The notes below the pieces were generated by a model. That model was given only the letters and a program-made list of their open reading frames with translations. It was not told the origin of the DNA and searched no databases. The position numbers and the translations under genes were made by a program. Positions 25,941 through 34,981 of a DNA stretch of 48,338 nt are shown here, piece by piece. This stretch comes from an uncultured Chthoniobacter sp. GTDB lineage: Bacteria; Verrucomicrobiota; Verrucomicrobiia; Chthoniobacterales; Terrimicrobiaceae. The first letter of the stretch is position 1; the number at the start of each line of letters is the position of its first letter. The stretch is taken from NCBI GenBank assembly GCA_964628505.1, contig CAZVPK010000001.1:1-48338 (forward strand), given 5' to 3'.

Positions 25941-27391
25941 AAACCAAAACCGTTCTAGTTTTTCTGGGCGCCCTGGCGGCCTTGCGCATCGTCTGGCTCG
26001 CGTCGCAGGGCGTGTCCCCGCAGGAGGCCTACTACTGGATGTGCGGCGAGAGGTTGGCCCCGGCCTATTTCGACGGACCCGCCGCCACGGCCTACGCGGT
26101 GCGCGCGCTGGGTTTTCTCACGGGCGGTTCGCTGGAAATCCTCCGGCTGGCCTGGCCGCTGACCGCCTTTCTCGCGGCCTGGCTGGCGTATCGTCTGGCC
26201 CGCGGGGTTTTCAACGAAGCCGTGGCGGGATGGACGGTCGTTCTCATGAACGCGCTGCCGGTTTTCAACCACCACGCCGCGACCGTCGGCCCCTGGATGC
26301 CCGCGCTGGCCTGCGTGCTGGCGGGATCGCTGGCGGCGCGCTCGGCGATCGAGGGTCGGCGGAAGGATTGGCTGCCCGCGGCGGCGTGCCTCGCCCTGGC
26401 GTGTCTTTTCCGATACGAGGCCGTTCTGGTTCCCCTGGGCCTGGGCGTTTTTCTGATGATCCCCCTTCTCCACCGCAGGCAGCCGGATTGGCTCGCGGCC
26501 GGGGCGCTGGTTTTGCTTCCGCTCGCCGTGCTGGCGCCGGCCCTGGCATGGAATGCCGCCTGGCAGTGGATTCCGGTCGCCGGCGGGACGCTTCAAACCT
26601 GGTGGCGTCCGCAACCCGGCGGATGGGGGCGCGATGTTTTTGAATTTTTCCGCGGCTATTCCTTCGTCGGCGGATTGGCTCTGCTGGCCGGTCTCGGGGC
26701 GATGGCCGCCGGGGCGCGCCGCCGGGGCGGATGGCGGATCATGGCGGCGGCGGGGGGACTGCCCGCCTTGTGGGCGGTTTATCAATTTCTGATCGGCCGC
26801 GAGTTTTCGACCGCGGCCTGGTTTGCGGTCGTTCCCTCGCTGGCTTGCCTGGCGGCCTACGGAACGCGCTGGCGCTGGATGGCCGCCGCGGGGTCGGCGG
26901 TCGTGGTATTGTCGCTCGTCCAGAGTGTGGCGATGCTCCGCGAGGAGGGATTGATGCGGGGCGTGTGGTCCTCGATCGCCAAGGAGGTCCACTTGGCCAC
27001 CCGTGAAATGCCGGCCAGCGAGGGAGGGGGATTTTTGATCGCCGAGACGGCCGACCAGGCCGCGGTGCTCTCGGTGTTTTTCCAAACCGCGGGCGATGGC
27101 GCCTACCCCCCGGTGTTCGTGCCGGAGTCGCCCGCGCTGACCAGCCAGTTCGGCATCTGGCCCTCCTACGCGGATTTCGTCGAAAGCGATCTCGTGGTGG
27201 ACGAGTTCTTCACCGAACAAAAAGGCTACAATCTTTTTGCCGGCCGGAACGCCCTCTTCCTCGGAGCGGAGCTTCCCCAAACGATCAAGGGAGCGTTCGT
27301 CCAAGTCTCGCCTCTGAGGAAAATCCGGATGCCCGACGGCGGGGAACTCACCATCTATCTCTGCCTCGATTACCAAACCCTTCCGCTTTGA
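25937..27391 (+). CDS. ArnT/PMT-like GT-C glycosyltransferase (GT83/GT39-like)
   Basis: This is the last 484 aa of the 1155-aa track ORF. The GTG at 25937 overlaps the PAP2 stop (GTGA). N-terminal pattern [22 protein letters not shown] plus about 10 TM segments resembles the PMT_2/ArnT family. The C-terminal ~150 aa are soluble. Confidence 0.7.
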   Translation: MKTKTVLVFLGALAALRIVWLASQGVSPQEAYYWMCGERLAPAYFDGPAATAYAVRALGFLTGGSLEILRLAWPLTAFLAAWLAYRLARGVFNEAVAGWTVVLMNALPVFNHHAATVGPWMPALACVLAGSLAARSAIEGRRKDWLPAAACLALACLFRYEAVLVPLGLGVFLMIPLLHRRQPDWLAAGALVLLPLAVLAPALAWNAAWQWIPVAGGTLQTWWRPQPGGWGRDVFEFFRGYSFVGGLALLAGLGAMAAGARRRGGWRIMAAAGGLPALWAVYQFLIGREFSTAAWFAVVPSLACLAAYGTRWRWMAAAGSAVVVLSLVQSVAMLREEGLMRGVWSSIAKEVHLATREMPASEGGGFLIAETADQAAVLSVFFQTAGDGAYPPVFVPESPALTSQFGIWPSYADFVESDLVVDEFFTEQKGYNLFAGRNALFLGAELPQTIKGAFVQVSPLRKIRMPDGGELTIYLCLDYQTLPL

Positions 27392-27509
27392 CCTCGCGCG
27401 GCATCGGATGGGCTGCGACCGCATCCGCCGCGCCTTCGATGCGAAAGCCGACCGCTTGGGGATTTCCTGTTTCTCGCGCCGGAGCCTTTCTGTTAAGCCT
27501 CCGTCCGCG

Positions 27510-28016
27510 ATGAAAAATGCCACGGCCAGAACCCAAACACCGCTCGTCGGCCTCGTCATGGGCAGCAAGTCGGATTGGGCCACCATGAAGGAATCCGCCG
27601 CGATGCTGAAAAAACTCGGCATCCCGCACGAATCCCGCGTCGTCTCGGCCCACCGCACCCCCGACCTCATGGCCGACTACGCGAAATCCGCCGAGTCCCG
27701 CGGCCTGCGCTGCCTCATCGCGGGAGCCGGCGGAGCCGCCCACCTGCCGGGAATGCTCGCCGCCCACACGCCCCTACCCGTCCTCGGCGTTCCCGTCGAG
27801 AGCCGCATCCTGCGCGGGCAGGACTCGCTCCTCTCCATCGTCCAAATGCCCGCCGGCATCCCCGTCGCCACCTTCGCCATCGGCGAGGCGGGGGCCAAAA
27901 ACGCCGCCCTCTTCGCGGCCGCGCTCCTCGCCCACGAATTCCCGGCCGTGAAAAAAAACCTCACCGACTTCCGCGCCCGCCAAACCCGGGAAGTCCTCGC
28001 CGCAGTCCTGGATTGA
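27510..28016 (+). CDS. purE: N5-carboxyaminoimidazole ribonucleotide mutase
   Basis: [37 protein letters not shown]. The ATG at 27510 is internal to ORF 27408..28016. Confidence 0.9.
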   Translation: MKNATARTQTPLVGLVMGSKSDWATMKESAAMLKKLGIPHESRVVSAHRTPDLMADYAKSAESRGLRCLIAGAGGAAHLPGMLAAHTPLPVLGVPVESRILRGQDSLLSIVQMPAGIPVATFAIGEAGAKNAALFAAALLAHEFPAVKKNLTDFRARQTREVLAAVLD

Positions 28017-28948
28017 AAACCCGCGTCCTCGAGCCGACCCGCGGCATTCCCGAAGCCGTCGAAATTCTCACCTCCGGCGATCCCGTCGCCCTTCCCACCG
28101 AAACCGTCTACGGCCTCGCCGCCGACGCCCTCTCGCCCACCGCCTGCGCGAAAATTTTCGAGGCCAAGGAGCGCCCCCTCAGCGATCCCCTCATCGTCCA
28201 TGTCCCCTCCCCTGCCTGGCTGGAAAAGCTCGCACTCGCTTCACCAGTCGCCCTCGCCCTCGCCGAAAAATTCTGGCCCGGCCCGCTCACGCTCGTCCTC
28301 CCGCGCCGTGAAATTGTCCCCGACATCGTCACCGCAGGCGAGGAGACCGTCGCCGTCCGAATGAGCGCCCATGCGGTTTTCGACGCCGTGGTGAAAGAAT
28401 TCGGCAAGCCCCTCGCCGCACCCAGCGCCAACCGCTTCGGCCGCATCAGTCCCACCACCGCCGAGCATGTGCTCGCGGAACTCGACGGCCGCATCCCGCT
28501 CATCCTCGACGGCGGCCCCTGCGCACACGGCATCGAATCCACCATCGTCCATGTCCGTCCCGAGGGACTCCAAATCCTCCGCCACGGACCAATCACCGAA
28601 GACGACCTCCGCCCGTTCGCGCCTATTCTGAACGGCTCCGCGACGGTCAGCGCCCCCGGCGGACTCAAAAGCCACTACGCCCCGCGCACCCCGCTCGTCC
28701 TCGAAAAACATCCCGCGCCCCGCTCCGAAAAAACCGGCCTCCTCACCTTCTCCGAACCGCGCGAAGGCTTCGACAAAACCGAAATCCTCAGCCCCTCCGC
28801 CGACCTGCGCGAAGCCGCCGCCAACCTCTACGGCGCCCTCCGCCGCCTCGACGAATCCGGCCTCGACCTCCTCGTCGCCGAGCCCGTCCCCGAAACCGGC
28901 ATCGGCGCCGCCATCATGGACCGCCTGCGAAAAGCCGCCGCGAGATGA
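28013..28948 (+). CDS. tsaC: L-threonylcarbamoyladenylate synthase (Sua5/YwlC type, with C-terminal SUA5 domain)
   Basis: [54 protein letters not shown]. There is no in-frame ATG near the N-terminus. The TTG at 28013 overlaps the purE stop (TTGA). Confidence 0.8.
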   Translation: MKTRVLEPTRGIPEAVEILTSGDPVALPTETVYGLAADALSPTACAKIFEAKERPLSDPLIVHVPSPAWLEKLALASPVALALAEKFWPGPLTLVLPRREIVPDIVTAGEETVAVRMSAHAVFDAVVKEFGKPLAAPSANRFGRISPTTAEHVLAELDGRIPLILDGGPCAHGIESTIVHVRPEGLQILRHGPITEDDLRPFAPILNGSATVSAPGGLKSHYAPRTPLVLEKHPAPRSEKTGLLTFSEPREGFDKTEILSPSADLREAAANLYGALRRLDESGLDLLVAEPVPETGIGAAIMDRLRKAAAR

Positions 28949-30540
28949 ACGACGGCAAGCGCCTCAACACCCGCGCCAGCGGCATCATCGCCGCCGCCGT
29001 CATGCTCAGCCGCGTCCTGGGTCTCGTCCGCGAGGTCCTTTTCAACGCCGTCTTCGGCACCGCCGCGATGGGACTTTTCCTCATCGCCTTCCGCCTGCCG
29101 AATCTCCTTCGCGACCTCTTCGCCGAAGGCGCGCTCTCCACCGCCTTCATCACCGTCTTCTCCCAAAAGATCGAAAAGGAAGGTGTCCAATCCGCCTGGG
29201 CCCTCGCCTCGAAGATGCTCACCCTCGCCACTGTTTTCATGAGCGCGATCAGCCTCCTCGGCATCCTCTTTGCAGGTCCGCTGGTCCATCTCCTCGCCCC
29301 CGGCTTCGCGCCTGCCGACGCCGAATTCACCATCCTGCTCACTCGCATCATGTATCCCTTCATTCTGCTCGTGTCCCTCGCGGCGCTGGTGATGGGCATC
29401 CTCAACTCGCGCCAAATTTTCACCGCACCCGCGCTGGCCTCGAGCTTCTTCAACATCGGTTCCATCCTCTGCGGTGTCGTCTTCGGCTACCTCATCGATT
29501 CCACATTCGAGCGCAAAGCCCTCATCGGCCTCGCCGCCGGAACTCTCGTCGGCGGACTCCTCCAGCTCGCCGTCCAGCTCCCCAGCCTGCGCAAAGCCGG
29601 TTTCAAATTCGTCGCCGACTTCCGCTGGAACGATTCGGGCATCAAAAAAGTTCTCATCCTCATGGTGCCGTCCATCATCGCCGCGAGCGCCGTGCAGGTG
29701 AATGTGCTGGTGAATTCCCGCTTCGCCTCCTACGCCGGCGCGGAAGCCGTCACTTGGCTGAACAGCGCCTTCCGTCTCATGCAACTTCCCATCGGCGTCT
29801 TTGGCGTCGCCGTCGCCACGATCACGCTTCCCGTCGTCTCCCGCATCGCGGCGGATACCGACACCTCCCGATTCGGCCCGACCCTCGGACGCGCTTTGCG
29901 CCTGGCCCTGTTCCTCACACTCCCCTCCGCCGTCGGCCTCTGGTTCATGGCCGAGCCGGTGATCGGCCTCGTTTACCAGCACGGCCAATTCGTCGCCAAC
30001 GACACGCTCCAAACCTCGCTCGCGCTCCAATTCTACGCGCTCGGCCTCGTCGCCTACGCCTGCATCAAAGTCGTCTCCCCGGCCTTCTACGCCATCAACC
30101 GCAAATGGACCCCCATGCTCGTGAGCTTCGGCGCGGTGGGCCTCAACATCGTGTTGAACTACTGGTTCATGTTCCACCTCGGCCTCGGACACAAAGGTCT
30201 CGCGCTCTCCACGACGATCTGCGCCACGCTCGACTTCCTCATTCTCTACCTGCTCATGCGCCCCGCCGCCGGAACCCTCGACACCAAAAAAACTCTATCC
30301 ACCCTGCTCCGTTGCGGCATCGCCTGCCTCGCCCTCGCCGCCATTTGCTTTGCCGGAAAAAACCTCCTCCCGACCGTGCTGCCTCAAACAAATCTCCTCA
30401 ACCGCTCCGTCGCCGTGCTCGGAACCATCGGCCTCGCCGCCTTCGCCTACCTCGCGGCATGCCTCCTGCTGCGCGTCGAGGAAACCCGCTCGGCCCTCGA
30501 CATCCTTCAACGAAAACTCAAAAAACCACGAACCCCATAA
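28945..30540 (+). CDS. murJ: Lipid II flippase MurJ (MviN)
   Basis: 531 aa, about 14 TM segments. N-terminus VMLSRVLGLVREVLFNAVFG...FRLPNLLRDLFAEGALSTAFI is the MurJ signature. Its ATG overlaps the tsaC stop (ATGA). Confidence 0.9.
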   Translation: MNDGKRLNTRASGIIAAAVMLSRVLGLVREVLFNAVFGTAAMGLFLIAFRLPNLLRDLFAEGALSTAFITVFSQKIEKEGVQSAWALASKMLTLATVFMSAISLLGILFAGPLVHLLAPGFAPADAEFTILLTRIMYPFILLVSLAALVMGILNSRQIFTAPALASSFFNIGSILCGVVFGYLIDSTFERKALIGLAAGTLVGGLLQLAVQLPSLRKAGFKFVADFRWNDSGIKKVLILMVPSIIAASAVQVNVLVNSRFASYAGAEAVTWLNSAFRLMQLPIGVFGVAVATITLPVVSRIAADTDTSRFGPTLGRALRLALFLTLPSAVGLWFMAEPVIGLVYQHGQFVANDTLQTSLALQFYALGLVAYACIKVVSPAFYAINRKWTPMLVSFGAVGLNIVLNYWFMFHLGLGHKGLALSTTICATLDFLILYLLMRPAAGTLDTKKTLSTLLRCGIACLALAAICFAGKNLLPTVLPQTNLLNRSVAVLGTIGLAAFAYLAACLLLRVEETRSALDILQRKLKKPRTP

Positions 30541-30545
30541 AAGTT

Positions 30546-30579
30546 GAAGCCCGTCGCAGCGATTGCTACAACGGGCTTC
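30546..30579 (+). terminator. Hairpin after murJ (weak intrinsic terminator)
   Basis: GAAGCCCGT (30546-30554) / ACGGGCTTC (30571-30579) with an inner imperfect stem. Followed only by TGTT, so the U-tract is poor. Confidence 0.35.
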
Positions 30580-30694
30580 TGTTCCCCCCAGAATGAGATC
30601 AGAATACAATTTCCTCACCGACCCGCAAGAGTTTTTTTCAAAAAATTTGAGATTTTTTTCACCCGCCGACCATTTTATTTATTAACAATATTTT

Positions 30695-32242
30695 ATGAAA
30701 CAGGAAAACCCACAGGTTGTCATCGTCGGCGGAGGTCCATGCGGTTTGATGGCGGCCGTCCTGCTCGGAAAATTCGACATCCCGACCGTGCTCGTCGAAA
30801 AACACCCGGGCATTTCCCGCCACCCGAAAGCCATGGGCGTCACGCGCCGCACCGCCGAAATCTACCGCCAACTCGGACTCCTCGAGGAAATGCAACGCGG
30901 CGGGCTCGCCCATCCCGTCGACGCCGTTTCCACCTGGTCGCGCGGCGGACTCGCCGGCGAGCTCCTCGGCAGCGCGCCGATTGTCGAAGACGATTTGCGT
31001 TTCAGCCCCTGCGCCCGTTTTCACTGCGCCCAACCGCACAACGAAGCCGTCCTGCTCCGCGCCGCGCAGGCCGAGGAATCCGTGGACATCCGTTTTCAAA
31101 CCCGGGCCACCGAAATCACGCAAGACCCCCACGGCGTGTCCGTGACCCTCGAAAATCCCGACGGCTCCTCCGAAACGATTCGCACCGGCTACCTCATCGC
31201 CGCCGATGGCGACAGCAGCCCGATCCGCGAGAGCCTTGGTATCAAACGCCAAGGCCCCGGCGAACTCGGCCGCTTCGTCAGCGTCTTCTTCCGCGCCGAC
31301 TACGGCAAACACCTCGAAGGCCGCCGCGCCCTCGTCGCCAACGCGATCGGCGAGGATTTTTTCGAGGCCTTCGTCACGGTCAACGGCGACGATCTCTGGC
31401 TCATGCACCATTTCCTCGACGAGGGCGAAACGCCCGCGGATTGGCCCCTGGAGCGGATGCACGCGCAAGTCGTCAAAGCCTCCGGACTCCCCGATGTCCC
31501 CGTCGAAATCCTCAGCCTCAGCCCGTGGGTCATGTCGCCCAGCCTCTCGCCGGAATGGCGGCGCGACCGCATTTTCTTCGTCGGCGACGCCGCCGCGCGC
31601 GTCTCGCCGACCGGCGGTCTCGGCCTCAACAACGGCATCCAAGGGGTCCACAACCTCGCCTGGAAACTCGCCGCCGTCCTGCACGGCCGGTCCGACGACT
31701 CGTTGCTCGACACCTACCAAACCGAACGCCTCGCCGCCTCGAAGTTCACCTTTGAAAACAGCGGCAACAACGCGGAGGAAATTTTCGCCATCGTCGGCGC
31801 CGCCTTTTCCGGCCAATGGGACAAGGCCCGCGACCTTATCGCCCATTCCCGCCGCGGCGGATCGGGGCTCGGCCAGGATTTCGGGTTCGTCTACGACAGC
31901 TCCGCCGTCCAGCCCGACGGCACCTCCGCGCAAACGCCCGCCGACCCCGTCAACGACTACATCCCGCAAGCCCGGCCCGGCCACCGCGCCCCGCATGTCT
32001 GGATCGATCGGAACGGCGATCGCCTCTCGATGCTGGATTTTTTCGGATTCGAATTCGTGCTCCTCTGCGGCCCCGAAGCCGATGCCATGAATTTCCCCCA
32101 CGCCGCCCATCAGGCCCGCGTCGTGCAGGACGGAATCGATTTCAAAAATCCCGACTCCACCTGGCTCGACCTCTACGGCATCACAAAAAAAGGCTTCGTC
32201 CTCGTCCGCCCCGACGGTTTCGTCTCCGCCCGCAGCGCGTAG
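30695..32242 (+). CDS. FAD-dependent aromatic-ring monooxygenase (PheA/TfdB family)
   Basis: VVIVGGGPCGLMAAVLLG (GxGxxG), GYLIAADGDSSPIR (DG motif), RIFFVGDAAARVSPTGGLGLNNG (GD motif). C-terminal thioredoxin-like domain. Confidence 0.85.
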   Translation: MKQENPQVVIVGGGPCGLMAAVLLGKFDIPTVLVEKHPGISRHPKAMGVTRRTAEIYRQLGLLEEMQRGGLAHPVDAVSTWSRGGLAGELLGSAPIVEDDLRFSPCARFHCAQPHNEAVLLRAAQAEESVDIRFQTRATEITQDPHGVSVTLENPDGSSETIRTGYLIAADGDSSPIRESLGIKRQGPGELGRFVSVFFRADYGKHLEGRRALVANAIGEDFFEAFVTVNGDDLWLMHHFLDEGETPADWPLERMHAQVVKASGLPDVPVEILSLSPWVMSPSLSPEWRRDRIFFVGDAAARVSPTGGLGLNNGIQGVHNLAWKLAAVLHGRSDDSLLDTYQTERLAASKFTFENSGNNAEEIFAIVGAAFSGQWDKARDLIAHSRRGGSGLGQDFGFVYDSSAVQPDGTSAQTPADPVNDYIPQARPGHRAPHVWIDRNGDRLSMLDFFGFEFVLLCGPEADAMNFPHAAHQARVVQDGIDFKNPDSTWLDLYGITKKGFVLVRPDGFVSARSA

Positions 32243-32328
32243 CGGCCGGTCCGCCGGCGGGATTCATGGGATCGATCCTTCGATGGCACTTGCGCGCGGG
32301 AGCATCCTTTTCTTTACTCCACGGGCCC

Positions 32329-33474
32329 ATGTCTTCGACCGAAACCGCGCACTCTCGCAAAAATCCATTCCGCGCCCCGCTTTCCGTGAACCGCCCGCTC
32401 ACCGCGGAGGGCTCGAACAAGGAAACCCGCCACTTCGAAATCTCCCTCGCCGGCTCGGGGCTCCGCTACGAGCCCGGCGACTCGCTCGGCGTCTTTCCCG
32501 CGAACAACCCCGCTCTGGTCGATCTCGTTCTCAAGCACCTCGGCTTCTCCGGCGAGGAGGTCGTGCCGAGCGCCGATGCCGTCACCATGCCGCTCCGCGA
32601 GGCGCTCACGAAAAGCTACATCCTCTCGGAACCCTCCAAACAACTCCTCCAGGCCGTCGCCGCGAAGGACAGCTCCGGGACCTTTCTCAACGACCTCCTT
32701 CTTCCCGAGGAAAAAGCCTCGCTGGAAAATTTCCTCTGGGGCCGCGATGTGCTCGATGTCCTCGAGGAATTCCATGCCGCGAAATTCACGCCGGAGGAGT
32801 TCGTGAAGGTCCTCCGAAAACTCCAGCCACGCCTCTACTCGATCGCCTCCTCGCAGCGCCACGTGGGCGAGTCCGTCCACCTCACCGTCGCGGTTGTCCG
32901 CTATTCGGTGGAACACAGCCCGCGCCCCCGCGAGGGCGTTTGCTCGACCTTCCTCGCCGAACGCACCGGCGGCTCGCTGCCCGTCTTCGTTCACACGGCG
33001 AAACATTTCCGCATGCCGGAAAATCCCGACACGCCGATGATCATGGTCGGCCCGGGCACCGGCATCGCGCCGTTCCGCGCGTTCCTGCAGGAGCGCCGCG
33101 CCACCGGCGCCCAAGGCCGCAACTGGGTGTTCTTCGGCGACCAGCGCGCCGCCACCGATTTTCTCTACCGCGAGGAATTCGAGTCCGCGCAGGCCAGCGG
33201 ACTCCTCCACAAATTCCACACCGCCTTCTCCCGCGACCAGGACCACAAGATCTATGTCCAACACCGCATGCTCGAGAACGGACGCGAGCTTTTCGACTGG
33301 CTCGAGAACGGCGCGTATTTCTTCGTATGCGGCGACGCCAACCGCATGGCGAAGGATGTCGATGCCGCCCTCCACACGATCGTCGAAACCCACGGCGGAA
33401 AAACCCCCGAGGCCGCCCGCGACTATGTGGACGCCTTGAAAAAAGACAAACGCTACCGGAAGGATGTCTACTGA
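32329..33474 (+). CDS. CysJ/CPR-like FAD/NADPH reductase lacking the FMN (flavodoxin) domain
   Basis: ATG at 32329, internal to ORF 31816..33474. RLYSIASS (FAD RxYS), MVGPGTGIAPFRAF (NADPH), FFVCGDANRMAKDV, C-terminal ...KDVY. At 381 aa there is no room for a flavodoxin domain. Confidence 0.85.
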   Translation: MSSTETAHSRKNPFRAPLSVNRPLTAEGSNKETRHFEISLAGSGLRYEPGDSLGVFPANNPALVDLVLKHLGFSGEEVVPSADAVTMPLREALTKSYILSEPSKQLLQAVAAKDSSGTFLNDLLLPEEKASLENFLWGRDVLDVLEEFHAAKFTPEEFVKVLRKLQPRLYSIASSQRHVGESVHLTVAVVRYSVEHSPRPREGVCSTFLAERTGGSLPVFVHTAKHFRMPENPDTPMIMVGPGTGIAPFRAFLQERRATGAQGRNWVFFGDQRAATDFLYREEFESAQASGLLHKFHTAFSRDQDHKIYVQHRMLENGRELFDWLENGAYFFVCGDANRMAKDVDAALHTIVETHGGKTPEAARDYVDALKKDKRYRKDVY

Positions 33475-33587
33475 TGCCAAAGCCCGCCACACTCGCCGCC
33501 CTGCTCCTGGGCGTGCTCGTCATGACCCTCAAAATCCTTTTCCTTCTCCGGAAAAACGGCCGTCCGCACGACGACTCGAATTCCTGA
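33474..33587 (+). CDS. Possible 37-aa single-TM peptide
   Basis: MPKPATLAALLLGVLVMTLKILFLLRKNGRPHDDSNS. Its ATG overlaps the reductase stop (TGATG). GC3 about 78% by hand count. It fills the gap before mpl. Small-ORF call, unproven. Confidence 0.35.
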   Translation: MPKPATLAALLLGVLVMTLKILFLLRKNGRPHDDSNS

Positions 33588-33594
33588 TCCACGC

Positions 33595-34980
33595 TTGAAC
33601 TCCACACCCCGCCACATCCACTTCCTCGGCATCTGCGGCACCGCCATGGGCTCCGTCGCCGCCGCCATGCGCGACAAGGGATTCACCGTCACCGGCCAGG
33701 ACCTCAATGTCTACCCGCCGATGTCCACCTTCCTCGAATCCAAGGGCGTCGCGATCACGCCCGGCTTCGATCCCGCGGACATCCCAGCCTCGGCCGACCT
33801 CCTCGTCATCGGCAACGCCATGTCCCGAGGCAATCCCGCCGTCGAAGCCGTCCTCAACCGCAAGCTCCTCTACCTCTCGCTTCCCGAGACCCTCAAACAC
33901 TTCGTCCTGCGCGGACGCCACAATCTCGTCGTCACCGGCACCCACGGGAAAACCACCACCACCTCGATCCTCGCGTGGATTTTCGAATCCGCCGGACTCG
34001 AGCCCGCCTACCTCATCGGCGGCATTCCCACGAACCTCGGCCAGGGCGCGAATTTCCGCGACTCGAAGTATTGCATCCTCGAAGGCGACGAATACGACAC
34101 CGCCTTCTTCGACAAGCGCTCCAAGTTCGTCCACTACCTGCCCGAGCTTGTGATCGTGAACAACATCGAGTTCGACCACGCGGACATCTACCGCGACCTC
34201 GACGAGATCAAGACCAGCTTCCGCCGCCTGCTCAACATCGTCCCCTCCGAAGGCATGGTTCTGCTCAACGGCGACGATCCCAACTGCCTCGATGTTTCCA
34301 AAAACTGTCCCGCGCCCATTGTGGAAGTCGGCTTCTCCGCGAATTGCGCGAACCAAATCCGCAACGCCGTCCACACGCCCACGGGGTCACGCTTCGAGCT
34401 CTTCAACGAGACCTTCGAGATTCCCCTCTCCGGCGATTTCAACATCCGCAACGCCGCCATGGCCGCCTCCGCCGCGCACTACTACGGCATCCCCGTGGAA
34501 AAAATCCGAGACGCGCTGTCAACTTTTCAAGGCATCCGCCGACGCCAGGAAATCCGTGGCATCGTGAACGGCATCACGATCATCGACGATTTCGGACACC
34601 ACCCCACCGCCATCCGCGAAACGCTGGCCGGCCTGAGAAAAAAATTCGGTCCCGTCCGCCTGTGGGCGCTCTTCGAGCCGCGGTCGAACACCACCCGCCG
34701 CGCCGTCTTCCAGCACGACCTCCCCGCCGCCTTCGCCGAGGCCGATGGAGTCTTCATCGCCCAGGTCGCCCGCCTCGACCAACTCCCCGAAAGCGAACGC
34801 CTCGATCCCGGGCGCGTTGTCGCCGACATCGCCGCGACAGGCAAACCCGCGTTTTACGAACCCACCGCCGACGCGATCGTCGCCCGGCTGAAGCCCCTCG
34901 CCAAATCCGGCGATGTCGTCGTCGTCTTCAGCAACGGCGGATTCGACGGCATCCACGCCAAGCTCCTCGAGCGGCTTTGA
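33595..34980 (+). CDS. mpl: UDP-N-acetylmuramate:L-alanyl-gamma-D-glutamyl-meso-DAP ligase
   Basis: HIHFLGICGTAMGSVA, VTGTHGKTTTTS (P-loop), ILEGDEYDTAFFDKRSKF, NIEFDHADIY. Apparent TTG start. Confidence 0.9.
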   Translation: MNSTPRHIHFLGICGTAMGSVAAAMRDKGFTVTGQDLNVYPPMSTFLESKGVAITPGFDPADIPASADLLVIGNAMSRGNPAVEAVLNRKLLYLSLPETLKHFVLRGRHNLVVTGTHGKTTTTSILAWIFESAGLEPAYLIGGIPTNLGQGANFRDSKYCILEGDEYDTAFFDKRSKFVHYLPELVIVNNIEFDHADIYRDLDEIKTSFRRLLNIVPSEGMVLLNGDDPNCLDVSKNCPAPIVEVGFSANCANQIRNAVHTPTGSRFELFNETFEIPLSGDFNIRNAAMAASAAHYYGIPVEKIRDALSTFQGIRRRQEIRGIVNGITIIDDFGHHPTAIRETLAGLRKKFGPVRLWALFEPRSNTTRRAVFQHDLPAAFAEADGVFIAQVARLDQLPESERLDPGRVVADIAATGKPAFYEPTADAIVARLKPLAKSGDVVVVFSNGGFDGIHAKLLERL

Positions 34981-34981
34981 T

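Noticed and set aside
30590-30694. AT-rich patch as a scar of horizontally acquired or mobile DNA
   Set aside because: It is only about 100 bp, has no flanking direct or inverted repeats and no integrase or transposase nearby. It is most simply the promoter region of the monooxygenase gene.
32284-32299. TGGCAC motif upstream of the CysJ-like gene as a sigma-54 promoter
   Set aside because: TGGCACTTGCGCGCG places the GC dinucleotide one position off the obligatory -24/-12 spacing, and there is no TTGC at the correct register.
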